Source: an archaeon (GTDB taxonomy: Archaea > Micrarchaeota > Micrarchaeia > Norongarragalinales > UBA97). Taken from it: a stretch of DNA of 64,000 bases. The notes under the pieces were generated by a model. The model was not told where the DNA came from and searched no databases. It saw only the letters and a list, made by a program, of their open reading frames with translations. The DNA lies in NCBI GenBank assembly GCA_020057405.1, contig JAGVFW010000003.1, positions 1-64,000 of the forward strand, read 5' to 3'. This document shows, piece by piece, positions 47,358-56,099 of this stretch. A program made the translations under genes and the position numbers. Numbering within the stretch: the stretch's first letter is position 1; each line of letters starts with the position of its first letter.

Positions 47358-48019
47358 ATGAGGAAATTTTACTTGCGTTAATCTGGACCATGCCTAAAAA
47401 ACTGACTAAGGGCCAGATTGGCCGCCTTTTGAGAATCAAGTCGGCGGGCCAGAAGCACTGGCGCGAACGGTTTGAGAAGCTGGGTGAAAAGGGCCTGCTT
47501 TCAATCGAGAAGCTGGATGCAGGAGACCTGTTCCACGGGTCGCCTATCCTCAAGTATTACCTCTCTGAAGCGAACCTAGAAACGATTTGGGACAAATATT
47601 TCATCAATTACGACGAGCGCCACGGCCTGGTCAATGACCCGTTCCTCACGCCGTTTTCAGCCGGAATCTGGAACATAACCAGCTCGGCAGATTTCTCCAA
47701 GCTCGTAGGTTCGAAGTTCAACTACCAATTCCTTTGTGCCAAGAACGAAGCGAACCCTACCAAGTCTTCGGAGAGCATCGAGTCGTTAAGCAACGGAAAC
47801 AAGGCAAAAACTTGGAAAGTCATGGATGCCGTACTCTCGATTGGCTGGAAGACCGAAGCCTACCGGAGAAAGCCCGTCCTTATGGAGACGTTAACATCAC
47901 AACAAAGAAAGACGTACAAAGTCATAACTTCGATTTATGAAGCGGAGATCAAAACGCACCCTGCTGACTACAAGCGGTTCACAACGCTATTCGAGAAGAA
48001 CTTCAAGTACTACCTCTAG
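47333..48019 (+). CDS. Hypothetical protein with N-terminal winged-HTH-like region
   Basis: EILLALI...LTKGQIGRLL...FEKLGEKGLL pattern. Confidence 0.6.
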   Translation: MPKAVNYTDEEILLALIWTMPKKLTKGQIGRLLRIKSAGQKHWRERFEKLGEKGLLSIEKLDAGDLFHGSPILKYYLSEANLETIWDKYFINYDERHGLVNDPFLTPFSAGIWNITSSADFSKLVGSKFNYQFLCAKNEANPTKSSESIESLSNGNKAKTWKVMDAVLSIGWKTEAYRRKPVLMETLTSQQRKTYKVITSIYEAEIKTHPADYKRFTTLFEKNFKYYL

Positions 48020-48141
48020 AAACCAGTTTCCTTCCGCCTTTTTTTAGCCCGTTTTAGCGCAAGCCCTACGCCCCCCAAAGCACTATTCCTAGCCCGATTA
48101 TTCAATACATAACTCTATATACAACTACATAGATGTTATAT

Positions 48142-48206
48142 TTGTAATAAGACAGAACAGTTGTAATAACAAAGAACAATTGTAATAAGGCAGAACATTC
48201 GTAATA
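48142..48206 (+). repeat. 19-bp tandem repeat (3 copies plus a partial), consensus TTGTAATAA-NNNAGAACAN
   Basis: Units start at 48142, 48161 and 48180, partial at 48199, in AT-rich DNA. Confidence 0.9.
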
Positions 48207-48238
48207 GAGTGATTTGAGTTTTGGTGGGTGGGTTTCAA

Positions 48239-48919
48239 ATGAATAAGTTATTTTTAGTTCTGGGCGTTCTTCTTGCGGCATTCTTGGCAGGCTGCATCTC
48301 ACAGCAAACAGGCAGCGGTCGCGTAGTTTTTGCTATCACAGACGCGGCTTCTGACATGAGCGGGGTAACCAGCGTTAATGTCACAGTCAACCAGATCAAG
48401 CTTCACAGTGAAGAAAAGGGCTGGATAACCGTATCGTCAACGCCCAAAACCTACGATCTGTTGGTGCTTAAGTCTCAGGGAAGCGCGTCTTTGCTTGCTG
48501 ACGTTCAAGTGCCAAATGGAACCTATAACTTAGTAACGCTTGAAATCTCCCGCGTCGTAGTCACAGACGCAAGCGGCGCTCACGACGCCAAGCTGCCTTC
48601 AAACGAGCTAAAGCTAAAGGGCGAAGTGATTGTTCGCAACGGTACGACCACGACTGCGACATTTGACTTCATTGCCGACAAATCCTTGCACAAGACTGGC
48701 AATGGCCTCTACATATTGACGCCAGTAGTCAAGATGGAATCCCGCGAGGAAGCCGAAGTCGAAATTGACGACAACGAGCGCGTTCAGATCAACGGCGGCC
48801 GCATGCACACGAACAAGATGTTCGGAATGGATGTTGAAGGAAACTTCGAGGAAGGCATCCGAGTAGATGAGAATGCACGGCTGTTTGTTGAAGACAACGG
48901 TAAGATTCGCATGAGCTAA
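48239..48919 (+). CDS. DUF4382-domain lipoprotein
   Basis: FLAGC lipobox, ITDAA, YDLL.L, AKLPS and SLHKTGNGLYILTPV motifs. Confidence 0.85.
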   Translation: MNKLFLVLGVLLAAFLAGCISQQTGSGRVVFAITDAASDMSGVTSVNVTVNQIKLHSEEKGWITVSSTPKTYDLLVLKSQGSASLLADVQVPNGTYNLVTLEISRVVVTDASGAHDAKLPSNELKLKGEVIVRNGTTTTATFDFIADKSLHKTGNGLYILTPVVKMESREEAEVEIDDNERVQINGGRMHTNKMFGMDVEGNFEEGIRVDENARLFVEDNGKIRMS

Positions 48920-48945
48920 ATTTTTGGTTAATGGAGTTGGTATAA

Positions 48946-50049
48946 ATGAACAATATTTTTGGTAAAACTCTGTTTGGTTTGATGCTAGTAGTTCTTTTCC
49001 TTTCGCAAGCGGTTTACGCCGCTGGCCCCGCGGCCGTGAACCTTGGTTCGGCAGGCAGTTTTGCGGTTTTGTCCAAAGCGGGCATCTCGACCACGGGCAC
49101 TACGGCTATTGTCGGAGATATCGGCGTCAGCCCGATTGACAGCACGGCCATCACCGGATTTGGCCTGATACTCGATTCTTCAACTCAATTTGCTACGTCG
49201 TCCCTTGTCACTGGAAAAGCGTATGCTGCTGATTATTCGCCTCCTACGCCAGCTAAGATGACTACTGCCGTAAGCGACATGGAAACGGCGTACACTGACG
49301 CAGCTGGACGGACAAATCCGACAGCTACCGAATTGGGCGCAGGAAACATTGACGGAATGACGATTGCACCTGGCCTCTACAAGTGGGGAACGGGAGTTAC
49401 AATCCCAATCGCCGTCACCCTCTCGGGTGGTCCGAATGACGTTTGGATCTTCCAAATCGCGCAAAATCTCGACGTGGGCAACGGCGCCATTATCACCCTC
49501 GCAGGCGGCGCACAGGCCAAAAACATCTTCTGGCAGGTTGCCGGGCAAACGACTTTTGGAACCACTTCCGACGTCAAGGGAATCATCCTGTCCAAAACCG
49601 CCATTGTCTTGAATACTGGGTCACGCCTAAACGGCAGGGCACTGGCACAGACCGCGGTAACGTTGGACGCCAGCGCAGTGGTAGCGCCAACGGCATCTGG
49701 TTCAGCAACGCCCACGCCAATAGCGTCGCCGACTCCGAAGCCATCCGACACTCCAACGCCAACAGTATCGAGTACGACTGCCACTCCGCGACCGGCAGTG
49801 ACTCCGGCCATAACGCCAAGGCCGACTGCAACTATTTTCCCTACGACCAAGCCGACTGCAACACCGGCACCTTATATGACTCCGGCCCCGACGCCAAGGC
49901 CGTCTGCAACGCTTGCTCCCACGCCCAAGCCGGCCTCATCGCCGAAGCCCGTTGCCACCCCAATTGCGCAAAAAAGCTTTTTTGGAGGCGTCACGGATTT
50001 CTTTTCAAATTTCTTTAGTTCAATAACCAAGTTTTTTGGCGGCAAGTAA
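48946..50049 (+). CDS. Ice-binding family protein (DUF3494/IBP-1) with PT-rich stalk
   Basis: Signal peptide, AVNLGSAGSFAVLSKAGIS, PGLYKW, WIFQI, NIFWQVAG and GRALAQTAVTL. Confidence 0.93.
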   Translation: MNNIFGKTLFGLMLVVLFLSQAVYAAGPAAVNLGSAGSFAVLSKAGISTTGTTAIVGDIGVSPIDSTAITGFGLILDSSTQFATSSLVTGKAYAADYSPPTPAKMTTAVSDMETAYTDAAGRTNPTATELGAGNIDGMTIAPGLYKWGTGVTIPIAVTLSGGPNDVWIFQIAQNLDVGNGAIITLAGGAQAKNIFWQVAGQTTFGTTSDVKGIILSKTAIVLNTGSRLNGRALAQTAVTLDASAVVAPTASGSATPTPIASPTPKPSDTPTPTVSSTTATPRPAVTPAITPRPTATIFPTTKPTATPAPYMTPAPTPRPSATLAPTPKPASSPKPVATPIAQKSFFGGVTDFFSNFFSSITKFFGGK

Positions 50050-50073
50050 CGGCCGACTTAAAAGCAGGCAGTA

Positions 50074-50298
50074 GTGTTTGAAGAAAGTCCGCAAGAGTAC
50101 GGATCGAGTTTTGTGGTGGGCGTGGTTGACGTGGATTTGGTGGTTATCGTAAGCTTGATTACGGGTGCTCTGGCGGTTGGAAGCATCCTTTACATGGTCA
50201 AGTTTCAGGTTATTCCGAGTGAGCGCGTAATTCAGGGCAGTTCCGGCAGCGTAAGACAGGTCAAGGAACGGTCGATGTATTCGCAGCGCGGCAAGTAG
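50074..50298 (+). CDS. Small single-TM protein (start uncertain)
   Basis: One hydrophobic segment, within a + strand gene run. Confidence 0.45.
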   Translation: MFEESPQEYGSSFVVGVVDVDLVVIVSLITGALAVGSILYMVKFQVIPSERVIQGSSGSVRQVKERSMYSQRGK

Positions 50299-50322
50299 AT
50301 TTTGTTTGGAGGATTGGTGAAA

Positions 50323-50475
50323 ATGGATTTGTTGACGACTTTAGTGGTAATTTTACTGGTTCTCTGGGTGCTGGGCATTTCGTTTGCTTCGTCAGTCGGA
50401 AGCATCCTTCACCTGCTTTTGGTGATTGCAGTCATTGTCATTGTAGTCAGGCTCATCAGGGGCCAGTCGATATAA
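50323..50475 (+). CDS. lmo0937-like small membrane protein (50 aa)
   Basis: MDLLTTLVVILLVLWVLG...GSILHLLLVIAVIVIVVRLIRG; SD-like sequence upstream; not in the ORF track. Confidence 0.8.
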   Translation: MDLLTTLVVILLVLWVLGISFASSVGSILHLLLVIAVIVIVVRLIRGQSI

Positions 50476-50504
50476 AAAGTTTGAAAAATGGAGACGTGGT
50501 TTGA

Positions 50505-50942
50505 ATGGGTAAACACAACATATTGTCAGGCAGCCTTGTTTTGGTCGTCATTTTGATGATCGCACTATCAACATTCATGGTGGTAACTTACACCACGGGA
50601 GTCCTTACCGCAGCGGTGGCGTTTGCGTCAACTGACCAGATTGCAAAGCTTGAGGCTTGCGGAGTAGCCATTCCGGACGAGCTCTTCAAGCTCAAGGCAG
50701 ACGTCCCTGGCCTCTTGCTTCCGGCAATCTACGTAGGCTTTCCGGGCCTGATGATAGTCCTAGCGATACTGATGTTCATCGCCGGATTCTACTTTGGAAG
50801 CGACAAGGCAGGACACAGCAGCAGTGAGACGACAACCACGACGAGTACGCCGAACAGGAGCCGCAATAGCGGAAGGTACGCGCCCGGCAGGCGCGTCGAG
50901 AAGATTCGGACGCAGAGGTCAACCAGGAGTGAGGGAAGCTAA
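50505..50942 (+). CDS. Two-TM membrane protein
   Basis: Two hydrophobic helices and an S/T/R-rich tail. Confidence 0.65.
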   Translation: MGKHNILSGSLVLVVILMIALSTFMVVTYTTGVLTAAVAFASTDQIAKLEACGVAIPDELFKLKADVPGLLLPAIYVGFPGLMIVLAILMFIAGFYFGSDKAGHSSSETTTTTSTPNRSRNSGRYAPGRRVEKIRTQRSTRSEGS

Positions 50943-51007
50943 TTCCCTTCTTTTTCACTCAAAGCGCGCGCGATGGAAATCAAGTTAGAAAAAAAGAGTT
51001 GGTAAAA

Positions 51008-51442
51008 ATGGAAGTAAAAAAGACAGTTAATGGCATTGGCGGCGCAGGCGCCCAGGCAGTTAGGGTAACTGCTGAAGTTGTAGGCGACGTTGCAAAAGTA
51101 TCCGGAAAGGCTGTTGAAGCCATTGGCGAGAAGGGCGGCGCTGTTGTCGGCACCGTAGTCCACGCGTCAACCAAGGCAGTCGGCGACACTAGCGACTACA
51201 TTGCCGAAAAGGCTGGAGACGCTGGAAGCGCAGGCGGTCACGCAGTAGGCACTGCAAGCCACGCCATCTCGCACGGAGCGGGCGCAGTCGGTGAGAAGGC
51301 AGGCGCCGTCGTTGGTACCGTTGTCAACGGGACGGCCAAGGCAGTCGGCAACACTAGCGACTACATTGCCGAAGGAGCAGGAACAGTAGGCAGTGACGTC
51401 GGAAAGGCTGTCGGCGGCTTCATTGGGAAGCCCAAGAAGTAA
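51008..51442 (+). CDS. 11-mer repeat amphipathic (LEA/apolipoprotein-like) protein
   Basis: Repeating 11-mers (KAVGDTSDYIA, AVVGTVVHAST...) and a 165-nt internal duplication. Confidence 0.75.
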   Translation: MEVKKTVNGIGGAGAQAVRVTAEVVGDVAKVSGKAVEAIGEKGGAVVGTVVHASTKAVGDTSDYIAEKAGDAGSAGGHAVGTASHAISHGAGAVGEKAGAVVGTVVNGTAKAVGNTSDYIAEGAGTVGSDVGKAVGGFIGKPKK

Positions 51443-51485
51443 ATGCCTGACTGAAGCACGACCAAAAATTTGAGGTGAAGTGAAT

Positions 51486-51563
51486 ATGATAATGGAACTA
51501 TTAGGCATGACTTTCAGTTCGGTAATCGATACCGCGAAGATGGCCCTGGACGAAATCATCTAA
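51486..51563 (+). CDS. 25-aa small ORF
   Basis: MIMELLGMTFSSVIDTAKMALDEII with a GAGGTGA SD at 51472-51478. Confidence 0.4.
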   Translation: MIMELLGMTFSSVIDTAKMALDEII

Positions 51564-51630
51564 GCAGGTGAAGTGGCGGAGAAAAACTCCGCACTTTTGC
51601 CACTTTAGCATCATTTCGAGGATTGGTAAT

Positions 51631-51927
51631 ATGGAAGCAAACTGCATCACAGTCGATCAAAAAACACTTCGGTCCCTTGGCGCTGACACGCGCGTAAGCA
51701 TACTCAAGCAGCTTTCGGGCAAGCCCATGACGCAGACCGAGCTTGCAGCCGAGCTTAAGATTTCGCCGCCCGCAGTTAACGCGCACCTGCACAACTTGGC
51801 CGAAGTTTCACTCGTTAGACAAGTCGATTCGCAGGGCCGCAAGTGGAAGTATTACGAGCTTTCGGAAAAGGGCGAGGCGATAATCCGGCCAGAGGGCGCC
51901 CGTACGCTGATGTTTACGTTTATTTGA
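51631..51927 (+). CDS. ArsR-family winged-HTH regulator
   Basis: LGADTRVSILKQL...TELAAEL..SPPAVNAHL...RKWKYYELS. Confidence 0.9.
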   Translation: MEANCITVDQKTLRSLGADTRVSILKQLSGKPMTQTELAAELKISPPAVNAHLHNLAEVSLVRQVDSQGRKWKYYELSEKGEAIIRPEGARTLMFTFI

Positions 51928-51957
51928 CAGGTTGATTTTTGAGGAGGAGATGTGTTC

Positions 51958-52209
51958 ATGGCAATTTATTTTGAAGTTGGAGCAGTCCTAGTTACGTTGT
52001 TCTTCCTTTACTTGCTTGTAAGATTCCTGTTCAACCCGCTGCACATCATCGCCAACTCGATTTTCGGCATAGTGGTGTTCTTCCTGATGAACTCGTTTTT
52101 CGGCGTAGGAATACCGATAACGTTCCTCTCGGTTGGAGTCGTAGCCATAGGCGGAATTTTGGGAGTTATCTTAGTATTTTTGCTCCACGCAACGGGCTTG
52201 GGCTTCTGA
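51958..52209 (+). CDS. BofA-family small membrane protein
   Basis: IIANSIFG...GIPIT...IGGILGV pattern. Confidence 0.75.
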   Translation: MAIYFEVGAVLVTLFFLYLLVRFLFNPLHIIANSIFGIVVFFLMNSFFGVGIPITFLSVGVVAIGGILGVILVFLLHATGLGF

Positions 52210-52258
52210 GTCCGGCGGGAGCAAATCGGGAAAAAATCGTACGGGGGTGCATGAAACA

Positions 52259-52375
52259 ATGAAGAAAACAAGGGGAACGAGAATGGCCGCAGCAGTCAAG
52301 CGCGCAGCCAAGACCAAGGGCGGAAAAGGCAAGGTTAAGCACCGGGCAGTCGGCCGCAACATCATGAAAACGTAA
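52259..52375 (+). CDS. 38-aa highly basic small protein
   Basis: MKKTRGTRMAAAVKRAAKTKGGKGKVKHRAVGRNIMKT with GGGGGTG upstream; not in the ORF track. Confidence 0.5.
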   Translation: MKKTRGTRMAAAVKRAAKTKGGKGKVKHRAVGRNIMKT

Positions 52376-52434
52376 TTTCCGTGGGCCCCTTTAGGCCCTA
52401 CGGTTTTCAATTTATCGAATGGAGTGTGAAGAAG

Positions 52435-52869
52435 ATGGAAAATAATGTGAAAGTTGTTTTGGCAGTTGTCTTAGTCGCTATTGTCGCTTTTGGAGTCTAC
52501 TACATGGGCCAGCCTGGCCTGCTGTCGCAAAATGGCGCTACGCCGACGCCAAAGATAGGTGAGGCACCGCCAATCTTCACAAGCCCGCTTCCCAACCCCA
52601 CTGACGCGATTTCAACGACCGACGTGAAGATATTGTACGGCTCGTTCAACCCGCAGGCCATCAGGGTTACCGTGGGTTCTACAGTCACTTGGGAGAACCA
52701 GGACGGCGTCATCCACAGCATTACCTCAATGCCAGGATCGACATATAACTTCACCTCGGGCATAATCGGAGGCAGGCAGACCTGGAGCTACACCTTTAGC
52801 GGCCCCGGAACCTACCCCTACTACGACGACACCACCCGACAGGCCCAGGGCGTAGTCTACGTAGGCTAG
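52435..52869 (+). CDS. Membrane-anchored cupredoxin-fold protein
   Basis: FNPQAIRVTVGSTVTWENQD..HSI...PGTYPY motif. Confidence 0.85.
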   Translation: MENNVKVVLAVVLVAIVAFGVYYMGQPGLLSQNGATPTPKIGEAPPIFTSPLPNPTDAISTTDVKILYGSFNPQAIRVTVGSTVTWENQDGVIHSITSMPGSTYNFTSGIIGGRQTWSYTFSGPGTYPYYDDTTRQAQGVVYVG

Positions 52870-52922
52870 AAAACCTAACGCGACCTAAGTGGAGGGGAAC
52901 TTGCTCTCACCCCCTTCATTTA

Positions 52923-52940
52923 TTACTCTTTTTCGAGTAA
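52923..52940. promoter_or_regulatory. RbkR-type operator TTACTC-N6-GAGTAA at the ribK promoter
   Basis: Perfect palindromic arms, 8 nt before the ATG; identical arms recur at 56118. Confidence 0.75.
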
Positions 52941-52948
52941 GGTTATTC

Positions 52949-53590
52949 ATGAAACCTACCCAGCTTGATCTGCTTTTGCTCGTTGCTGAAGAAGGCGGCA
53001 CTGGCGGAGGCGCTGCATTGACTACGGTTGCAGCTGCAGCGCGGCTTGGCGTCAGCCAGCAAACTGCCTCAAGGTGGGTGCGCGAACTGGCAACTGAGGG
53101 CATGCTTGAGAAGACGCACGCGGGCCTGCGGTTGACTGCAGGTGCGATAAAGCGCCTCGAGCGTCTAAAGGCAGTCTTTGACCGGAAACCAGCAGTCACT
53201 TTTGAGGGCGTTGTTGTCGAGGGAATGAAGGACGGCGCCTACTACATGGCACTTGAGGGCTACAAGAAGCAATTCAAGCACCACCTAGGGTACGAGCCGT
53301 TTGCCGGAACGCTCAACTTGCGCCTTGACGACGCCAAGGACATTGCCGCAAGGACGGCACTTGACTCGAGGTCAGGAATTCCAATTGAGAGCTTCAAGAT
53401 GGGCGAACGGTTCTTCGGAGGCGCCAAGTGCTTCCCCTGCAAGGTAAACGGGAAAGTTGACGGCGCGATAATCATTCCCCTTCGTACCCACCACGACATC
53501 AAGATTGTCGAAGTAATTGCGCCAATGAAACTGCGCGACAAGCTAAGGCTCAAGACCGGCGAGGCCGTGGTGCTTGAAGTAAAGGCTTAG
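52949..53590 (+). CDS. ribK: CTP-dependent riboflavin kinase with N-terminal HTH (RbkR)
   Basis: LGVSQQTASR HTH, G.VVEGMKDGAYY, LGYEPFAGTLN, P.RTHH and EVIAP..LR motifs. Confidence 0.95.
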   Translation: MKPTQLDLLLLVAEEGGTGGGAALTTVAAAARLGVSQQTASRWVRELATEGMLEKTHAGLRLTAGAIKRLERLKAVFDRKPAVTFEGVVVEGMKDGAYYMALEGYKKQFKHHLGYEPFAGTLNLRLDDAKDIAARTALDSRSGIPIESFKMGERFFGGAKCFPCKVNGKVDGAIIIPLRTHHDIKIVEVIAPMKLRDKLRLKTGEAVVLEVKA

Positions 53591-54620
53591 CCCTCACAAC
53601 CAGGTCGCCGCCGCTCTTCTTTGCCGACATCACTTCAAGGGGACCAAATCGGGGTGCCTTGACTCCCTCGTGGAGCCTCTTTTTCGAAAAGATTAGCGTA
53701 AAGGCGTCAACCAACCCCGCGTCAATGAATGACTGCGCCAATTCCCTTCCGCCTTCAAGCAGGATGCTTGAAACTTTGAGGCCGGCCAGCTGCTTGAGTA
53801 GTTGTTTTAGGTTCACGCGTTTGCCGGCAGTGCTGAAAACAGGTATGCCTTTTTTCTCAAGTGCAGCTTTCTTTCGCTTGTCGCAGCCGCTTGCGGTGAA
53901 GACCACGCAATTGGCGTCATTGAAGACTTTTGCGCTCAAGGGCGAGCGCAGGCGCGAGTCGACAATCACGCGAAGCGGGTCGCGGCCGCCTTGCAGCCTG
54001 CAGGTAAGGCGCGGGTTGTCGGCGAGAACAGTGCCAACTCCCACCATTATCGCGTCGCGAGTGTTGCGCAAGTGCTGGACGCGCAGGCTCGATTGAGCGT
54101 TTGAGATTTGACTAGTTTGAGGCGACCAAATGAAGCCGTCTGCAGCTACGGCCATCTTCAAGTGCACGAACGGCAGGCCTGTTGAGACGAGCTTGATGAA
54201 GGGCGCGTTGATGGCGGCTGCCTCAAGCTCAAGGAGGCCCGACTCAACTTTGATGCCGGCCTTTCGCAGTAGCGTAATTCCCTTTCCCGCCACTTTGGGA
54301 TTCACGTCCCGCATTGCGATGACAACTCGCTTTACTCCGGCGGCAACTATTGCCTCGGCGCACGATGGTGTTTTCTTGCCTGCAAAGCGCACGCATGGCT
54401 CAAGGGTTACAAAGAGAGTGGAGCCGCGGGCCTTCGGGCCGGCCTTTGCAAGGGCGACTGTTTCCGCGTGAGGGCCGCCGAACTGAGAGTGAAAGCCTTC
54501 GCCAACCACGCGACCGGCGTTGACGATTACGCTGCCGACTAGGGGGTTTGTCTTCGTCCGTCCGGCGCCCTTGGAGGCAAGGCTTATCGCGCGGCGCATA
54601 GCGTGTTCTTCGGTGGTCAT
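53550..54620 (-). CDS. ribD: Bifunctional pyrimidine deaminase/reductase
   Basis: NPLVG, HAE, TLEPC...C, GVGTVLADNP.LT.R and LEGG motifs. Confidence 0.95.
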   Translation of the reverse strand: MTTEEHAMRRAISLASKGAGRTKTNPLVGSVIVNAGRVVGEGFHSQFGGPHAETVALAKAGPKARGSTLFVTLEPCVRFAGKKTPSCAEAIVAAGVKRVVIAMRDVNPKVAGKGITLLRKAGIKVESGLLELEAAAINAPFIKLVSTGLPFVHLKMAVAADGFIWSPQTSQISNAQSSLRVQHLRNTRDAIMVGVGTVLADNPRLTCRLQGGRDPLRVIVDSRLRSPLSAKVFNDANCVVFTASGCDKRKKAALEKKGIPVFSTAGKRVNLKQLLKQLAGLKVSSILLEGGRELAQSFIDAGLVDAFTLIFSKKRLHEGVKAPRFGPLEVMSAKKSGGDLVVRAKPLLQAPRPRRS

Positions 54621-55198
54621 ATGTAGCCGTGGCCCAACTTCGTCTTCTTGGTCCTAAGATAACGCGCGTTGTGGACGCCGGGCTTTATTGCGGTAGGAAG
54701 CGCGACGTCAACTTTGATTCCGTTTTTCTCAAGTCCGGAAACCTTGGCGGGATTATTCGTGAGCAGGCGGACGCTTTTGACGCCGAGGCGTTTTAGAATG
54801 CGGGCGCCAACGGCAAAATCCCGCGTGTCCACTTCCTCGCCGATTGCGGTGTTGGCATCGACAGTGTCGAGGCCGCACTCGTCCTGGACACGGTAGGCCT
54901 CAATTTTCTTTCGCAAGCCGATTCCGCGGCCTTCCTGCCTCAAGTAAACGAGAACTCCGCGGCCTTCTTTTCCTATGCGCAATAGCGCTGACTGCAATTG
55001 TTCGCGGCAGTCGCACTTGAGGCTGCCGAACACCTCGCCGGTCACGCACTCGGAATGCACGCGGCAAAGCACGTCCTTGCCGCTAACGTCGCCTATGACG
55101 AGGGCAGCGTGGTCCTTGCCGTCCTCGGAGAAGACAAAGATGCGGAAGTCGCCGTAAAGGGTGGGCAGCTTGGCGAAAACGGGTTCGACGGACTTCAC
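54617..55198 (-). CDS. ribA: GTP cyclohydrolase II
   Basis: RVHSECVTGEVFGSLKCDC, QEGRGIG and LLTNNP motifs. Confidence 0.97.
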   Translation of the reverse strand: MKSVEPVFAKLPTLYGDFRIFVFSEDGKDHAALVIGDVSGKDVLCRVHSECVTGEVFGSLKCDCREQLQSALLRIGKEGRGVLVYLRQEGRGIGLRKKIEAYRVQDECGLDTVDANTAIGEEVDTRDFAVGARILKRLGVKSVRLLTNNPAKVSGLEKNGIKVDVALPTAIKPGVHNARYLRTKKTKLGHGYI

Positions 55199-55599
55199 TT
55201 TAGCACCCCGACCAAATCAATTGCAGCGTCAACTGCCCGCCCGGCGTACTCGACGGCGCGGGCTTTTGCCTGCGACTCGCTCACGCCTGGGCCGATTACG
55301 CCGAGGGCGACGGGCTTTTCAAACTCCATGGACAAAAGAGAAAGCGAGTTCGCGATTGCAAACCCGATTACTTCGTCGTGCTTTGTCCCGCCGGTTACTA
55401 TGGCGCCGAGGACTGCGACAGCGGAGACGTCTTTTCGCTTGAGAAGCTTCTTGACTGCCAGGGGAGAGTCAAAAGCTCCGGGCACGAAAAGAACCGAGAC
55501 GACGCCCACTCCCCGCGTCTTGGCCCGCAAAAGCGCGGCCTTAAGCATTTTGGAAGTGATTTCTCCATTGAACTTGCTGCAGACTATTGCTATTTTCAT
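55195..55599 (-). CDS. ribH: Lumazine synthase
   Basis: SKFN, VPGAFD, GGTKHDE and KPVALGVIGPG motifs. Confidence 0.95.
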   Translation of the reverse strand: MKIAIVCSKFNGEITSKMLKAALLRAKTRGVGVVSVLFVPGAFDSPLAVKKLLKRKDVSAVAVLGAIVTGGTKHDEVIGFAIANSLSLLSMEFEKPVALGVIGPGVSESQAKARAVEYAGRAVDAAIDLVGVLK

Positions 55600-56066
55600 T
55601 TTCGCTTCACCTTGATGGAACCGACGTGGTCCTTGCCCTGGCGCAAGCCCTGGCCGGCATGTTTTGACAAATCATCGCCGTCCTTTGCGAGAATATATGC
55701 GTTCTTTGCGTGCTTGGCCGCACGGTCGACTGCCATTTCGGCAAGTTCCTTTGGGTCGTCGGACTCGATTTCGTGGATTGTGGCCTCAACAATGTGTTTG
55801 TTGGTCAAAAGCTTGGCCCATTGTATGCCCATTGACGCCTGGTTGGCGCACACTTCGTCGATTGGCGCCCCGCCAACCCAGCCTAGGGCGAGTGCTGCGT
55901 CGCATCCGCCGTCAAGCAGGCGCTTGCACTCAACTGCCAAGTCCTTGATGCCTGGCACGGTCTTGTGCTCAACGCGCGCGCCAAGTTTGCGAAGGACAGC
56001 AATTGCGGGCGAAGCCATGTCAACGCGTGAAAACGTCGTGTCCACTACGCCAATCCTAACGCTCAT
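55596..56066 (-). CDS. ribC: Archaeal (pentameric-type) riboflavin synthase
   Basis: IGVVDTTFSRVDM, TVPGIKDL and GLRQG motifs. Confidence 0.95.
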   Translation of the reverse strand: MSVRIGVVDTTFSRVDMASPAIAVLRKLGARVEHKTVPGIKDLAVECKRLLDGGCDAALALGWVGGAPIDEVCANQASMGIQWAKLLTNKHIVEATIHEIESDDPKELAEMAVDRAAKHAKNAYILAKDGDDLSKHAGQGLRQGKDHVGSIKVKRK

Positions 56067-56099
56067 GGGTAAGTGAAGCCCTGCAAAGAATATAAGCGG

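Noticed and set aside
48142-48206. CRISPR array
   Set aside because: 19-bp units abut with no unique spacers, and no cas genes are in the window
47130-52870. Integrated virus, plasmid or IS element
   Set aside because: No integrase, transposase, replication or capsid gene, and no flanking att or terminal inverted repeats were seen
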